A stretch of DNA of 63,221 nucleotides, the filler included, from Rhabdomonas costata (taxonomy: Eukaryota), in the NCBI GenBank assembly GCA_019059605.1. It is 52 parts of 52 records of this genome, joined end to end, with 100 filler letters (N's around TTAATTAATTAA, not from the genome) between each part and the next. Parts side by side here need not be neighbours in the genome. Positions count along the whole stretch, not along the records: positions 10,964 to 12,085 come from JAHMHO010027703.1; positions 12,186 to 13,303 come from JAHMHO010027704.1; positions 13,404 to 14,521 come from JAHMHO010027705.1; positions 14,622 to 15,739 come from JAHMHO010027706.1; positions 15,840 to 16,957 come from JAHMHO010027707.1; positions 17,058 to 18,175 come from JAHMHO010027708.1; positions 18,276 to 19,393 come from JAHMHO010027709.1; positions 19,494 to 20,611 come from JAHMHO010027710.1; 44 more parts are not named here. The stretch is one strand, 5' to 3'. Shown here piece by piece: positions 11,782 through 24,024 of the stretch (position 1 is its first letter; each line of letters begins with the position of its first letter). The translations under genes were made by a program, and so were the position numbers. A model generated the notes under the pieces. That model was not told the DNA's origin and made no database searches. It saw only the letters and a list, made by a program, of their open reading frames with translations.

Positions 11782-13157
11782 TTCTTTGCTTCTCTAACTT
11801 TTGACGTGGCACAAGAGTCACAAGACACATTTTTGTCCGTTTTTTTACAACCGAAAAATATGGCAATCCCTGGAACAGGAATGGGGGAAGGGGAGGAGGG
11901 GGACAGACCATAACAAAATGCAAAATCAGTGCTGCCTACAGGTCTTTCTCTTTTCAAAATCCAAGATCAAGGCAAAGCAAGCGTTAAAAAACGGCCCTTC
12001 CACGCCTGTGTTAAAGCAAAAAGGGCCCAAGCAACAACCAGATCCCCACACCAATACACCAGATCGCACCACGAGACAACAAAACNNNNNNNNNNNNNNN
12101 NNNNNNNNNNNNNNNNNNNNNNNNNNNNNTTAATTAATTAANNNNNNNNNNNNNNNNNNNNNNNNNNNNNNNNNNNNNNNNNNNNGGGGGTGTGGTGAGT
12201 TCGACGAAAGAGAGACTGTGTGTGTGTGCGTGTGTGTGTGTGTGTGTGTGCGTGTGTGTTTCTGACATTCCTGTGGCTTCCGGGCAGTCCAACCCGACGA
12301 GATGGCGCGGTAGGCCGCCGAGGAGGGTCGGGGAGAGGGCAGCACGCTGGGCGCCACGGCTCGGCAGCCGCTGTGGGTGGGCGAGGAAGGCGTCGCAGCA
12401 TTGGCGTTAGCAGCAGCAGGAGCTGGCGCTGGCAGGGCCTGGGCCCCCTCCGAGCCCGTCAACTTGGTGAGCAGCTGAATCAGATCCCTCTGGACAAGAG
12501 GTGTATACAAACAATATGGCACGGCATAAAAAGTCCACAGTGCTCGCGCTAGTGCACGACTGTGTGTATGCTTGTTTGTGTGCGCTCGCGCCCATGGAAG
12601 GTCTTCTACTTCCAAGGTCAGGGTGTGCAGACCTTGCTCGCCCAAGCTCGCAATCCATCTCCTCGTGATCAAATTCAAAGAATTCAAAGATACACATACA
12701 CACGCACCCAAGCAAATTTCGCCCTGTTAAAAGTTTTTCACACGGGGAGGCAACTGACCCATCTCTCAACTTCGAAACCTGTCATGCAGCTTGTTGAAGG
12801 GCGCCCGCGTGTTTTGAGGTGAGAGCAAGGTACGGGGGAATCGAGAGAGGCTCCGGCCCCGAGGTGTGCGGTGCATGTTTTTGGGAGTATTCGAGGTGAT
12901 CCAGCAGTGTAAACCGTGACGGGCACTGTGTGCCGGTAAGGGGGCGGACCACCACTCTTTATGCCCTGATTATTCCTTTCGGCATGTACGCTGCAACTCA
13001 TAACAATTCAGTTCAAATTAAGGCCGCTTTCAAACTGTGAAGCACCACGCCATCGATGGTAAAAGCAAGTACAGTAAACAACCTTTTGAGCGCTCCACAC
13101 AGAGAGCTGGAAGCCCGAGTCGGCCACGATAAAGCACCGCAGCTCTACACCTTGGCG

Positions 13158-13262
13158 AAGAGAAGAGAAGAGAAGAGAAGAGAAGAGAACAGAAGAGAAG
13201 AGAAGAGAAGAGAAGAGAAGAGAAGAGAAAAGAGAAGAGAACGAAGAGAAGAGAACGAAGAG
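13158..13262 (+). repeat. (AAGAG)n pentanucleotide microsatellite
   Basis: Directly visible, slightly degenerate at the 3' end. Confidence 0.95.
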
Positions 13263-14696
13263 AGCGTCTCACGCAACACCAATATCCGATATCTTAGCAA
13301 AGCNNNNNNNNNNNNNNNNNNNNNNNNNNNNNNNNNNNNNNNNNNNNTTAATTAATTAANNNNNNNNNNNNNNNNNNNNNNNNNNNNNNNNNNNNNNNNN
13401 NNNGTTTTTGGGGGCACGAAGCGTCCATTACCTAGGATCATGGGACGCTTCGTGCCCCAAAATATCCTGGACCTGACATGTCTTTTCGGTGATAAGTTGC
13501 TCTCAAGACACAAAAAGAACAAAGGTGAATCCCCGCTTGGGGAAAACAGGAGGCGCGTACTCGTTACTTAGATGGGGCGAAAGGAGCGCCAAATGAATGC
13601 ATTCATAAACGATTTTTTTCATTTTTCATTTTTTTCATAAACGATGGACACGACAAACTATCAGGCCCAACTACACTTCCTTATAGCCGAAGCCTCGACT
13701 TCCGCGGGAATACTCGGTATTCTGCATTCGAGAAATGCAGAAAAAAATGTACATGAAAAGACCACCCAGGAATCCACCGCCGAAGCCGACGGTTGACACA
13801 CTCCCGGGGTCTCTGGGAGTCTTGTGCACGTCATCTTCACCGGAAAGATCCCTCTCTCACGAGATCCCTCTTTCAACATCGCCTTCCTCCCCTTCCCTTT
13901 CAACGTCAACGATGTCCTAACTTTAATTTTTCTAGCTCGATAGCCTGTGACATCTTTTCCCTTGCCATACCCCCGAGCGGTTTATTTTGACCACTGGCAA
14001 CGAGATTGTATTTCCCGTAAAGACTCACCACCATGGAGAGAGTTGCACAGGCTCTCAAGGTGGATTTCTTGCCCCCTGAGCAAAAGCCCCCGTGGTCGTT
14101 TTGCTTTGTGTTTGTGTTCGTACACGCTTCACATTCGTACCCCCAGCAATTTCGATATCGTTAGCTGTTATCGTTAGCTCAGAGTACATTGGTGTGTCGC
14201 GTTGTCACGAGTAGTAAACCGCTTTTGCGACTTACTGGCGCCAGGCCGAGCTTTTCGGCATTGGAAAGGCCCTGCTACACCCTCTGATACGAGGAGGCGC
14301 TCGACGACTTCATCGCCAGTTGCACGAACTCGAAGAGCGACCATGCCTCTGGACACAGGGCCGGGCAGAAGAGATTTGGAGGGATGCAGGGGGGCTCATC
14401 AGGGGGGTTTACTCCCGCCAGAACCGCTTCAAAGAATAGCAAGAAATATCCATTGATTCAAAAAAAACTCGAAAATTACACCATTTCATTTTTATATATT
14501 GTGATTCCCCCCCCCCAAACCNNNNNNNNNNNNNNNNNNNNNNNNNNNNNNNNNNNNNNNNNNNNTTAATTAATTAANNNNNNNNNNNNNNNNNNNNNNN
14601 NNNNNNNNNNNNNNNNNNNNNTGTTTTTTTTTCGCGGATTTTAAATCACTTTCGTTCTGCTTTACGGTTTTTGTGTGAGGCGTTGTCTCCAGCGCC

Positions 14697-15268
14697 ATGG
14701 GTGCTTGCTTCGGCTGCTTCTATGTCGAGGAGAACACCAGGGGTGTAGTTGAGAAGCTGGGCCAATTTTCTCACGTGGCCGGGTTTGCCCTTTGCACATG
14801 CTTGTTCAAGCCATTTGTGTTAGCGTTGTTCTGTTTCATCCTTCTGTTACTGGTTTCATGTCTGCAAAGGGTTTTTTGATTTCAGTTTAGTGGCAGCTGG
14901 CTGAGGGGGGGGGATGCTGAACTGGTCGAGTCACTTTGGATCCTGAAGATGTGTTCGGAACACTGGGGTTTGACGGCTGTGACTTGCATCAAAGGTCGGA
15001 TGATGTTCACGATTTGTCGTCATCTCGAGATGCTTGGCTGTTGGTTGGGCTACTGTGATTGCCTTTGCGTGTATGTGTGTACATGTGGTATGTGCAAGTG
15101 TATTACCCGTCCGCTCAGCCCAGGGCTGCACTGGGCACCGCCCTGCCTGAGTAAATTACGTGTGCGGGTGGACCTTCGGGTGCAGCAGCTGACAAAGATG
15201 GTAAATGTGTGCACCCGCGACAGCGTCAGCTTGCGCGTGGGGGTCGCCCTGCAGTTCCGAGTGATGAG
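14697..15268 (+). CDS. SPFH/band-7 protein, HIR-like; exons 14697-14782 and 15119-15268
   Basis: MGACFGCFYVEENTRGVVEKLGQFSHVAG|PGLHWAPPCL...LRVQQL...TRDSV...LQFRV is collinear with HIR/stomatin N-termini; MGxC is a possible acylation site; phase-2 GT-AG intron. Confidence 0.85.
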
Positions 15269-17530
15269 GTTCGCCATTCAACCCCTCCCTCGCTCTCTAC
15301 AAAGCTCACACAAACCTCGCTCTGCCTTTTTCGACTGCGCGTTGCCCTTCCCCAGTGTTTTGTTCTTATAATGACACAAACGGAAATCACTGCACTTGGA
15401 GAATCTTCGCTGCTGGAGGGGTCTGTGTGTGCGGTCGTTCCGCAGAAATCCCGAGAACCCGAAGAACAGTGCTGACAAGGGGGGGGGGGCGGATCCCGTT
15501 GGAGAAAAGAAGAAACGAAGTTAATGGATAGCTTGCCAATAGATGTTCCCGTCCGAACCGACACCACATCGAGAATTGTTGTATGCTTGTATGCTCAGCT
15601 ACAATGCACTGTGAATTGCATCTGAGAAGCGCTGGAAAGAATAAAAACAGGGTGGGGTGGTATGGTTTTTCCGGGCGTATCAGCATTTTTCATCTGTATG
15701 TAGAAATCATATTCAACATGTGACAAAACATTTCTGTTTNNNNNNNNNNNNNNNNNNNNNNNNNNNNNNNNNNNNNNNNNNNNTTAATTAATTAANNNNN
15801 NNNNNNNNNNNNNNNNNNNNNNNNNNNNNNNNNNNNNNNGGTGGTTTTGATGTTGGCTGATACCCCATTCCACTCACTAAGCTTGTGACATGAGTGTATG
15901 TTGGTCGTCGGGGTGCCTCACTCGGTTAGTCATCCATCCTCCTAAATGTGTGGTTTGTCGTTACACCGCGTTGCGGTTCCACTCTTCACTTGCAGTATTA
16001 AAACAAGGCGCTGATAGCGCACGTTGGAACACAGGAGGTTCGGCAATATTGGTCCTATTTGCCGATGTAGTTTGCCATATAAAAATGGCTCCGTAACAGT
16101 AAACCGCCATACCAGCCGCTTTTGGACAAATGCTGTGGCATTCTGTAAGGGCGGCAAGGGCCGCACACCACTTCAGCTAGATTTTTATGGCAGCTTAGCC
16201 GCAACCGCGCTGATTAGATGATCCACATGATTTTTTGTGGCATAGCATGCTCATATTCTACCAATTGAACCCAAACATGCGCTAAGTTTCTATTCTAGGA
16301 CCAGCACGATGAAACTCATTCGCGCCAAGGCCACTGCTTTGCTTTTTGTGGTTTGGCTGACATCAAAAGTGGCAGCTGATCAAAAGAAATAGTAATTTTT
16401 TTTAGAAAGTGTCCCGCAGGTGATCACTTCACCGCTTTTTTATCTAATTTTGCTGCCATAGAATTTTTTGAATACGCTGGTACGAGAATGAAAGATCTCC
16501 TGCTGGATATCTTCCATTTATCCTTCGTTTTTGCGACAATTTAACACAAAATACGTCGCTTGGGCTGATTTTAAATGCCAGTAAACATCACTAGACAAAA
16601 CTGGCTAAAGGAGACGTTTCCCCGAAACTAAATTGCAGAAGAGAAGCTTCCTTATTACTCCTCTGAGATTTATGAACCAGTCAGGAACATCCCCGCTCTG
16701 CATCAGACTTCAACACCACTAATAAGCCCGCTCGTTAACTTTCTGGCTTATGTAAACTGGTCTGAGCTCTCTGCACAACACTTGCGCTGGCTGTGGTCCT
16801 AACAAAGTGGGCCTCTTTGGTGTGGCGGGAGCGGCCTTGCCTCATGCCCCTACTAGTTTGAATGATCTACACTCTTCTAAAATTCTCCAATTGACCACTT
16901 CTGAACATTTCTCTTGAACAACTCCAATTAGCTAATTCACAATCCTTATAAAAGAGCNNNNNNNNNNNNNNNNNNNNNNNNNNNNNNNNNNNNNNNNNNN
17001 NTTAATTAATTAANNNNNNNNNNNNNNNNNNNNNNNNNNNNNNNNNNNNNNNNNNNNGTTTTGGGGTCCTGAGGAAGCATGATCCGCACCTGCACGCCCA
17101 GCACTCCTGTGGGTGGAAAGAGGAAGCGACACATGAGGAAAGAGAACAAGAAGAGAGCGCACAGGTCGCTGTTCAGGAGAAGTCCCTTTTTGGCTTTTTT
17201 CTCTCGCGCGACTGCGGCAGCAGAGCCCCTCAGATAACGTATGGTTGGTTTCTGGGATGTGAGAGACGCTGTATGCGTGGACGTGTGTCATCTAGCCCCT
17301 TTAGATATGGCACAGCTTTTTCATGGAGGGACAAAAATTAGTCCACAGCGGACAGATGCATAACTTACAAATATTTTTTTTGCAAGATGTCGCCCATAAC
17401 GGGTGCCTTCTCACGGGCCTTGGGCGCCATTCGTAGTAGCAAGTAACGCGGGCCCTGATGCTCCGAAAGAACAAAGGGAACCCAGCAAAAAGAGTTTCGG
17501 GGAAGGAGGGGACGTGCAGGGCAGGCGGAC

Positions 17531-18112
17531 CCTGACGGAGGTAGACATGGCGGATGGCCTTGTCCACGAAGTACCGCCCGGGATACCCGGAGTGGATCAT
17601 GTACCCATCCTTGAACTTCATGCTCTTCGCGCGCTGGGCGCGCAGCTTCCCAGAAACTGAGCGTAAGTGAGGAGGGATCGCGTGTATGGCACGTCTGTGC
17701 TGGAGAAGGGGGTCTCTCGGGGTCGTCGCCAGGGGCAACGTGAACCGCCCCGACCGGGTACATCGCCCATCGTTTTGATGCAAACTTGGGGTTCTGTAAA
17801 TATATCCATACTATGTCACGATCCTTGCAAACTTCCCAAGTTTAACAACAACTTCACAAGTTTTCCCGCATCCCCGGGTTATCTTTGTCCTTCAATACAA
17901 CGTATAACCTATACATCCTACACCGGCGATATATCTTACGACGCTACATGGCCCCAAAGACCGGACCCTGGACGCTTGTTTCAAAACAAGGGAGGGAACG
18001 TACCGATGACCTCACAGCCCCGAGCGCCATTTTCCATGACGAAGCGCACCACCCCGTAGCAGGCTCGTCGCACGGCAAGGCCACCCATCAGCTTGTACCT
18101 GAGGGACTCGGC
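17531..18112 (-). CDS. RPS3: 40S ribosomal protein S3 (uS3); exons 18112-18004 and 17656-17531
   Basis: [60 protein letters not shown]...RHVYLRQG; phase-1 GT-AG intron. Confidence 0.97.
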
Positions 18113-18603
18113 CTGCAAAACACGCCTCGCCAGCAGCAAACACCGCACCACGGCAAACACGTCTGAAACCCAAAANNNNNNNNNNNNNNNNNNNNNNNNN
18201 NNNNNNNNNNNNNNNNNNNTTAATTAATTAANNNNNNNNNNNNNNNNNNNNNNNNNNNNNNNNNNNNNNNNNNNNTCGAGGTTGCCGTCTTCCTCTAGAA
18301 GAGCCTGTGTGCATTTTTAATATTCCAGGGTTGTTTGGGATGGTAGCAGGAAACTGAATCGGTTTTTCATGTCTTGTTGGCTTTTGATAAGCAGCAGGTG
18401 GAAATACTCCTCACTGCTTTTTTTAATGGGTGGGATTTAAATTGTGGCCTCGATCACCCGAGAATTGAAGCGTTTTTGAATCCAGCCAATTTGCCACTCA
18501 GCAGTTCATAAAAAGGACCTGGTGTTCCGCAGCTGCCTGTTTTTTTTTCTCGCTTGGCGCCTGCGTACTCTTCCCTGCTTTGCATCCTTCCTGTTTCTCC
18601 GCG

Positions 18604-18808
18604 ATGGGATCGATGGACCTGCAGTCCCCACCAGGATCGCCGCCCCCTCACTCCCCCGCGCCGGACCACAATGTGTCCGCGGTGTCCAGCTTCCTGGCGG
18701 CCAACCCGGTGACGGCGGTTGTGCTGATCACGACCTTCGTACCGTCGATGGCGATGGTGGTGGGGTCGCTGCTCTCCTTCCGGATAAACCCGTCGGAGCG
18801 CGTGATGG
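18604..18808 (+). CDS. First exon of a membrane protein, possibly a ZIP-family metal transporter
   Basis: Pro-rich N-terminus then TM helix AVVLITTFVPSMAMVVGSLL; donor |gtgcgc. Family assignment is weak. Confidence 0.3.
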
Positions 18809-20102
18809 GTGCGCCGTATAGAAAGCAAGCGGGTGGGATGGGCCGATAATGATGAGTGGTAGATTGGGCTTAGCACCGGGGGAATGTGCGTCAAGTTTTG
18901 TGTGCTGGGAGTTGCGGACACCGGGCCGAAGGAATGCTGTTTGGAGTGCATTGTTCTGCGCAGTGTTCGTTAATGACTAGTGTAACAGGATTTTGCAGTA
19001 TTTTCCATTCAAGCGAGGGACTGCCCGTACACGCGGGGTGCCAGCGTTAGAGGTTGCGGCAACCCAGTGCATACGTGGAAACTAAGCAATAGACACCATG
19101 TACAGTGCAAAGTTGAAAAAAGAGCATTCCTCGAAAATGCAGGATTTTATGCTGCCTGCGGAGCAGCAGCTCAGGCTTGATTTGAACTGACTTCCTCGTC
19201 CGACACCGTCTCATGATGCCTTATTCCTTTGACTTTTTCAGGTCGAAACAAACTTTTCCAATCTTCTCCCAGTCCGGGGGACGATTCGTGCTTTCCAACG
19301 CATCAACGCATGACCACTTGGATTCCACCCTTTGGATTTCACCCCTTCTCAGCCCAATCGGGTAATCGGGCCTCCCAGGCTGCACACCCAAAANNNNNNN
19401 NNNNNNNNNNNNNNNNNNNNNNNNNNNNNNNNNNNNNTTAATTAATTAANNNNNNNNNNNNNNNNNNNNNNNNNNNNNNNNNNNNNNNNNNNNGGGGGTT
19501 TGGGGTATAATCGGTGGCTGCGTTTCTTTGTTGTTGTTGTTGGTTTGCCAACATCAGCGTCTGTGCAGTCGTGGCGATACAGGCGGTACTTCCTCCTGCC
19601 AACATGCTCCGGTTGTCATCGTTCATTGTGGATCATTCATTCATCACATCGTTCATTTGCGGGGCCGATGACGGGGAAGTCGGGGATGTCGAGCGCCGGT
19701 GACTGGTTCCCCAGATTTTGCACGCAAGCACATGCACGCACACAGATGGGTGGAATGTTTGCTGTGCGCTTTATCCTCTCGGGGAACTTCGAGGTGGCGG
19801 AGTCTCCGGAGATGCTGGACCCGTGCGCTGTGATGTCACTGCCTCCGGTCCGTCACGCGCCTGCTCTCACACATACTTTCACACGTGCACTCTATTGCAT
19901 TGCTGTGTGATGCACTGTGGGAAGCAGGGGGGAGGGTGTTAAACGGTGTGGTCCGAGATCAGCATAATGTTATTGTCTACCACTGTGAAATATTGTAACA
20001 CTGCGATAGCGCTAAGCCGCTCATCACCCCAGCCCCCAAGTGCCACGGACCTAGGGGTGTGCGTAAGTTCATGCCTGCATTACTGCATGATTGACAGTAA
20101 AG

Positions 20103-20455
20103 ACGAGCGTAGCGAGTAGGATACAAGTAGGAGCATGAGCCCTGAACGCAGTGAAGGGATCATGCGACTAAAATACCCCACTTGTCACTTTGCATCCTTA
20201 CACCCCCATAAGGGGCTTTCAGGATGCTCCGTCCGGGCGTAGCCACAGGAAGAGAATACAGGTAGAGGTTGAAGGTCACGGAGGCATGGTCGTTACGGAC
20301 ATGCCGAAGTAGGGATAAGAAGGCCACGAAGCGAAGCGGAGTAGAGGGTAAGAGACGGAGCGTAGCGGAGTAGGATAGAAGATACAAGGATACAAGCATC
20401 AAGAATACACCCTAAGGTACGTAGCATGGGTCTGAGCGTAGCGAGGGAGCCATGC
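20103..20455 (+). repeat. Cluster of ~8 short hairpins, most with GNA triloops and GA/GGA mismatch shoulders
   Basis: e.g. GCATGA-G-CCCT-GA-AC-GCA-GT-GA-AGGG-A-TCATGC (20133-20165) and AC-GGA-GC-GTA-GC-GGA-GT (20355-20371). Confidence 0.8.
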
Positions 20456-21062
20456 GTAGTTGGAGGAGTAGAGGGCATCTGCGATATGGTAGGAATGCTC
20501 ACATCAGCCCTTCAACTCACCACTTCACCTCAAGATGGCCCCAGAATACCAACAGCATCAACATCACCAACATCATCACCTCTAGCCCCCAGAATACCAG
20601 CTTCACATCTTNNNNNNNNNNNNNNNNNNNNNNNNNNNNNNNNNNNNNNNNNNNNTTAATTAATTAANNNNNNNNNNNNNNNNNNNNNNNNNNNNNNNNN
20701 NNNNNNNNNNNGTGTTGTTGTTTTTCGCCGCTTTTGAAACATCACGCCGTCTCTGGTGCGGGAGAGCTTCACAGGGCATCCATTTATATCCATTTCCTAG
20801 ATGCCTAGTTGGAGCCAGCTCTCGCATAAAGGGCCACCTCCAATTCGAAACTTATGTGCTCGGCTCTCAACGGCGCCTCCTTATATAGATGCCGTATTTC
20901 CGAATTCTCCTGTTTTTAGGCTTCGTTCTCCTTACCAGGTACTGCCGTGGCACATTTGTTCCTATCATCTCCAGGGCCCTCTTTCATGTTCCGTGGACTT
21001 CGCTAGCTGTAAAGAGAGGTGTGCGTATTGACGGGCTGCTTTGCAGCAGCCTTCTGCCCCCG

Positions 21063-21381
21063 ATGTCGGGCGTTGAGGTAGAGGTCTGTGTGGACTCCTT
21101 GGAGAGCGCCCTAAGCGCCGCCGCAGGTGGTGCCACTCGCCTGGAGCTGTGCGGCGACCTCAGCGTCGGTGGCACCACCCCTTCTGTTGGATTAGTTACC
21201 ACTGTGCTGGCCGCCCTCTCCGAAGCCCAGCGGCTGGTTGAGGTGTTTGTGATGATCCGGTGCCGCCCGGGGGACTTTGCGTACACCGCCGGGGAGGTGC
21301 AGGTGATGGTTGAGGATGTGCGGCAGCTAAAGAACCTGGCCGTGACCGGCTTCGTGGCAGGCGCGCTAACTCCGACCGGAG
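21063..21381 (+). CDS. CUTC: Copper homeostasis protein CutC, first exon
   Basis: EVCVDSLESALSAAAGGATRLELCGDLSVGGTTPSVG...VMIRCRPGDFAY...GFVAGALT, the hallmark CutC motifs; donor |gtgtgg. Confidence 0.93.
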
Positions 21382-23598
21382 GTGTGGTATAGCACGTTAC
21401 ACCGTAAACTCAGAACACGTGCTTTTTAGCCTCAGTAGCATGAAAACGTTTAAAACATATCGTGTGCATCCATACCAGCCTAGCGGCATTTTATAGCGTT
21501 CCCAGGACTTCAATTGGATTTCCTCTGCTCGTCTTTCCTCTTGGCATATTGGACGGTGCAAAAACGTTTGGTTCAGTCCTTCCTTTTTGGGTACTATCCG
21601 CGTGGCAAGCTCGCGTTCGACAGTACCTGCACACACCTCAATGTCTTCTGCAGTGATTTATATTCTACCGATCCCCTCAGTTCGCAACTGGATGTGAGGT
21701 CACGACATCTATAGAGGCTCCACGGTAAAAGGAGACTTTTTGTCACCTGCACAGAGCTCATGGTCTGGATCTTATCCTTGCTTATATACCGTGTTTCCAA
21801 CAGGATCCTGGATTGGGACAAACACCCCCNNNNNNNNNNNNNNNNNNNNNNNNNNNNNNNNNNNNNNNNNNNNTTAATTAATTAANNNNNNNNNNNNNNN
21901 NNNNNNNNNNNNNNNNNNNNNNNNNNNNNGGGTCCCTCCCGCACTGTACGGGCTTCGCAGCCCATCTCAACCAGCAGTGCTGTGGCCGTGGAGAGGGCCC
22001 AGGGTTTGGGTGGGGAGAGGGGTCCAAGTCCCAGGGAGAAGCACCCCTCCCCAGGGCGAGGTGCTCTCTGAAACTGTAACCACAGGAACCTCTCAGTCTA
22101 GCTTTTGCAGTTGAGTGAGACCGATGACTCCCCATCTCCATTTTGCTGTTATTCTTCTGCTTCTTCTTTCTCGCCCTGCGCAGAATGAGGTAGCTGAAAA
22201 TGGCGGTGCTGCTCGGCCTTTTTGTCCGAACATCGCTATTGGTGAGAGGCGATGGAAAGTGCTCGTGCGAGTTTGGTTGTTCTAACGTGTTTACCGCTGC
22301 CCGCGCAAAGGGAGGTAGCGTGAAGGTGGGGTTGCGACTTGGCCTTTTTGTCCAATCACCCCTGTTGGTGAGGGGCGAAGTAAGTGCACGTGTGTGGGAA
22401 TATGACTGCTTTTGATCTACCGTGTTCATACCTGATAAGCATATGATAGGCAATGTGCTGGAGGATTCCGCGGAGTTCGCGGATCTGTGTGGTGGACTTA
22501 GAGTTGGGACTTATTTCTTTTTGCTTTGGCTTCCATCTCATGCGTCTATCACATCCATTGTGTGGCTGTGGCTGGTGTTGCAGTTGCGGATCTGTGCGAC
22601 CATTTCTGAGCCCTGTTTCAATGCTTATCCTGAAAAAATTCCAGCGCCTGTTTTCATCTGTTCAAGTACCCTGCTCAAGCAAACAGCAAACATTGGCTTG
22701 CTCGCGATACGTTGGTGGACTGACAAAAAGCGGCGCAAATGAAGCGAGTGTTAGGTCAGTGCAGCCGCGATGTGGTTTCCTGTGTTCTTGTGGCCTGCCA
22801 TGTTGCTCTGTGCTTGCTCTTTTTGTTTTTATGGAAAGTGCTATGTGCTGACATGTGTGCTTTCTCTGGGCCAGCCTTTCGTTTTTGTTGAGCGTATCCC
22901 GTCTTGGTGCACGGGTGCATGCAACCTAGATAGGGTGCACGGGTGCACGGGTGCAACCACCTAAGTGCCACATCACATGCACACCACTTAAGAATGACTG
23001 CCTTTTTGCGTTCAGAGAAACCCCAAATAAAAAGTGCACCACCACACNNNNNNNNNNNNNNNNNNNNNNNNNNNNNNNNNNNNNNNNNNNNTTAATTAAT
23101 TAANNNNNNNNNNNNNNNNNNNNNNNNNNNNNNNNNNNNNNNNNNNNGGTTGGTTGGAGCTTGGGAGGACAAGACGACATAAGGAATGTGATGTCACAGC
23201 AACCACGGAAGACAAACACAATCCCCCTGCTATCCCATCCTCCCAAGCTCCTTTCAACTCCAGACTCCGACAGAAACGTCCACCAACACCAAACGAAAGT
23301 GGACACACACCTTCAGCTCCAGAAGGTAGCTCCCCAGTTTGCGGTTCATCTCAATCAGAGTGTCCGGGGACATCAGCGAAGTCATAACCCGCCCAAAGCA
23401 CTCCAGGCTGAACTTGTACCGCGTCATCGTGCGCCACTGCTCCAGCAAGGGCTGTGAAGGAAGATACAGAAAAGTGGACGAGATGCGTCCCTTGAAGTGA
23501 ATGAGAACAAAGGCAGAAGAAAAATTAAGGGAAGGATATTGTGCGAACCGGAACTCGTGCCTTAAGATGTGAAAATAGTGCGTGTGGACGCGCATGTG

Positions 23599-24024
23599 GG
23601 GTCATGCACAGTTGGGGAGAGGGGCGTTGTTACACGTCGAACACTGTTAGACGTCTAACGCCCGTCTAACGGCCGTTAGCACCCCGTTAGACCTCTAACG
23701 GTGTTAGAAGTCTAAAACCCGTCTAACGCCTCCTAACCACAGGTATGTTGCTGGGGGCTATGCCCCACAGACCCCTCGTACGTGCTCGTAGTCCTAACCC
23801 CTGCAAAGCTTCTATTGGAATCATAGGGGGGCAAGTGGCTCGCTTTCCTGACCCTCTGCTAAGCTTCTATCGGAATCTTAGGGAGCGAGTATCTCGCGCG
23901 AGCGTCACAATTGGAAAGGAATAAGCCCACACGATGTCCGTAGGACACGTGTTAGTCGTCTAACAACCGTTTTAACGGCTAACGCCCGTTAGACGACCGT
24001 CTAACACCTGTTAACACAGGCCCC
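23599..24024. mobile_element. MITE-like non-autonomous element with GTTAGAC/GTCTAAC subterminal arrays and an internal ~54-bp repeat
   Basis: Flanked by an 8-bp direct repeat CGCATGTG (23591-23598, 24025-24032); shares a 25-nt block and the 54-bp unit with 53271-53484. Confidence 0.6.

Noticed and set aside
16181..16465. Imperfect 14-bp inverted repeat (ATTTTTATGGCAGC / GCTGCCATAGAATT) as a MITE
   Set aside because: Too short, with no TSD or second copy seen.
17657..18003. Intronic snoRNA in RPS3
   Set aside because: No convincing box C/D pair with a terminal stem was seen by eye.
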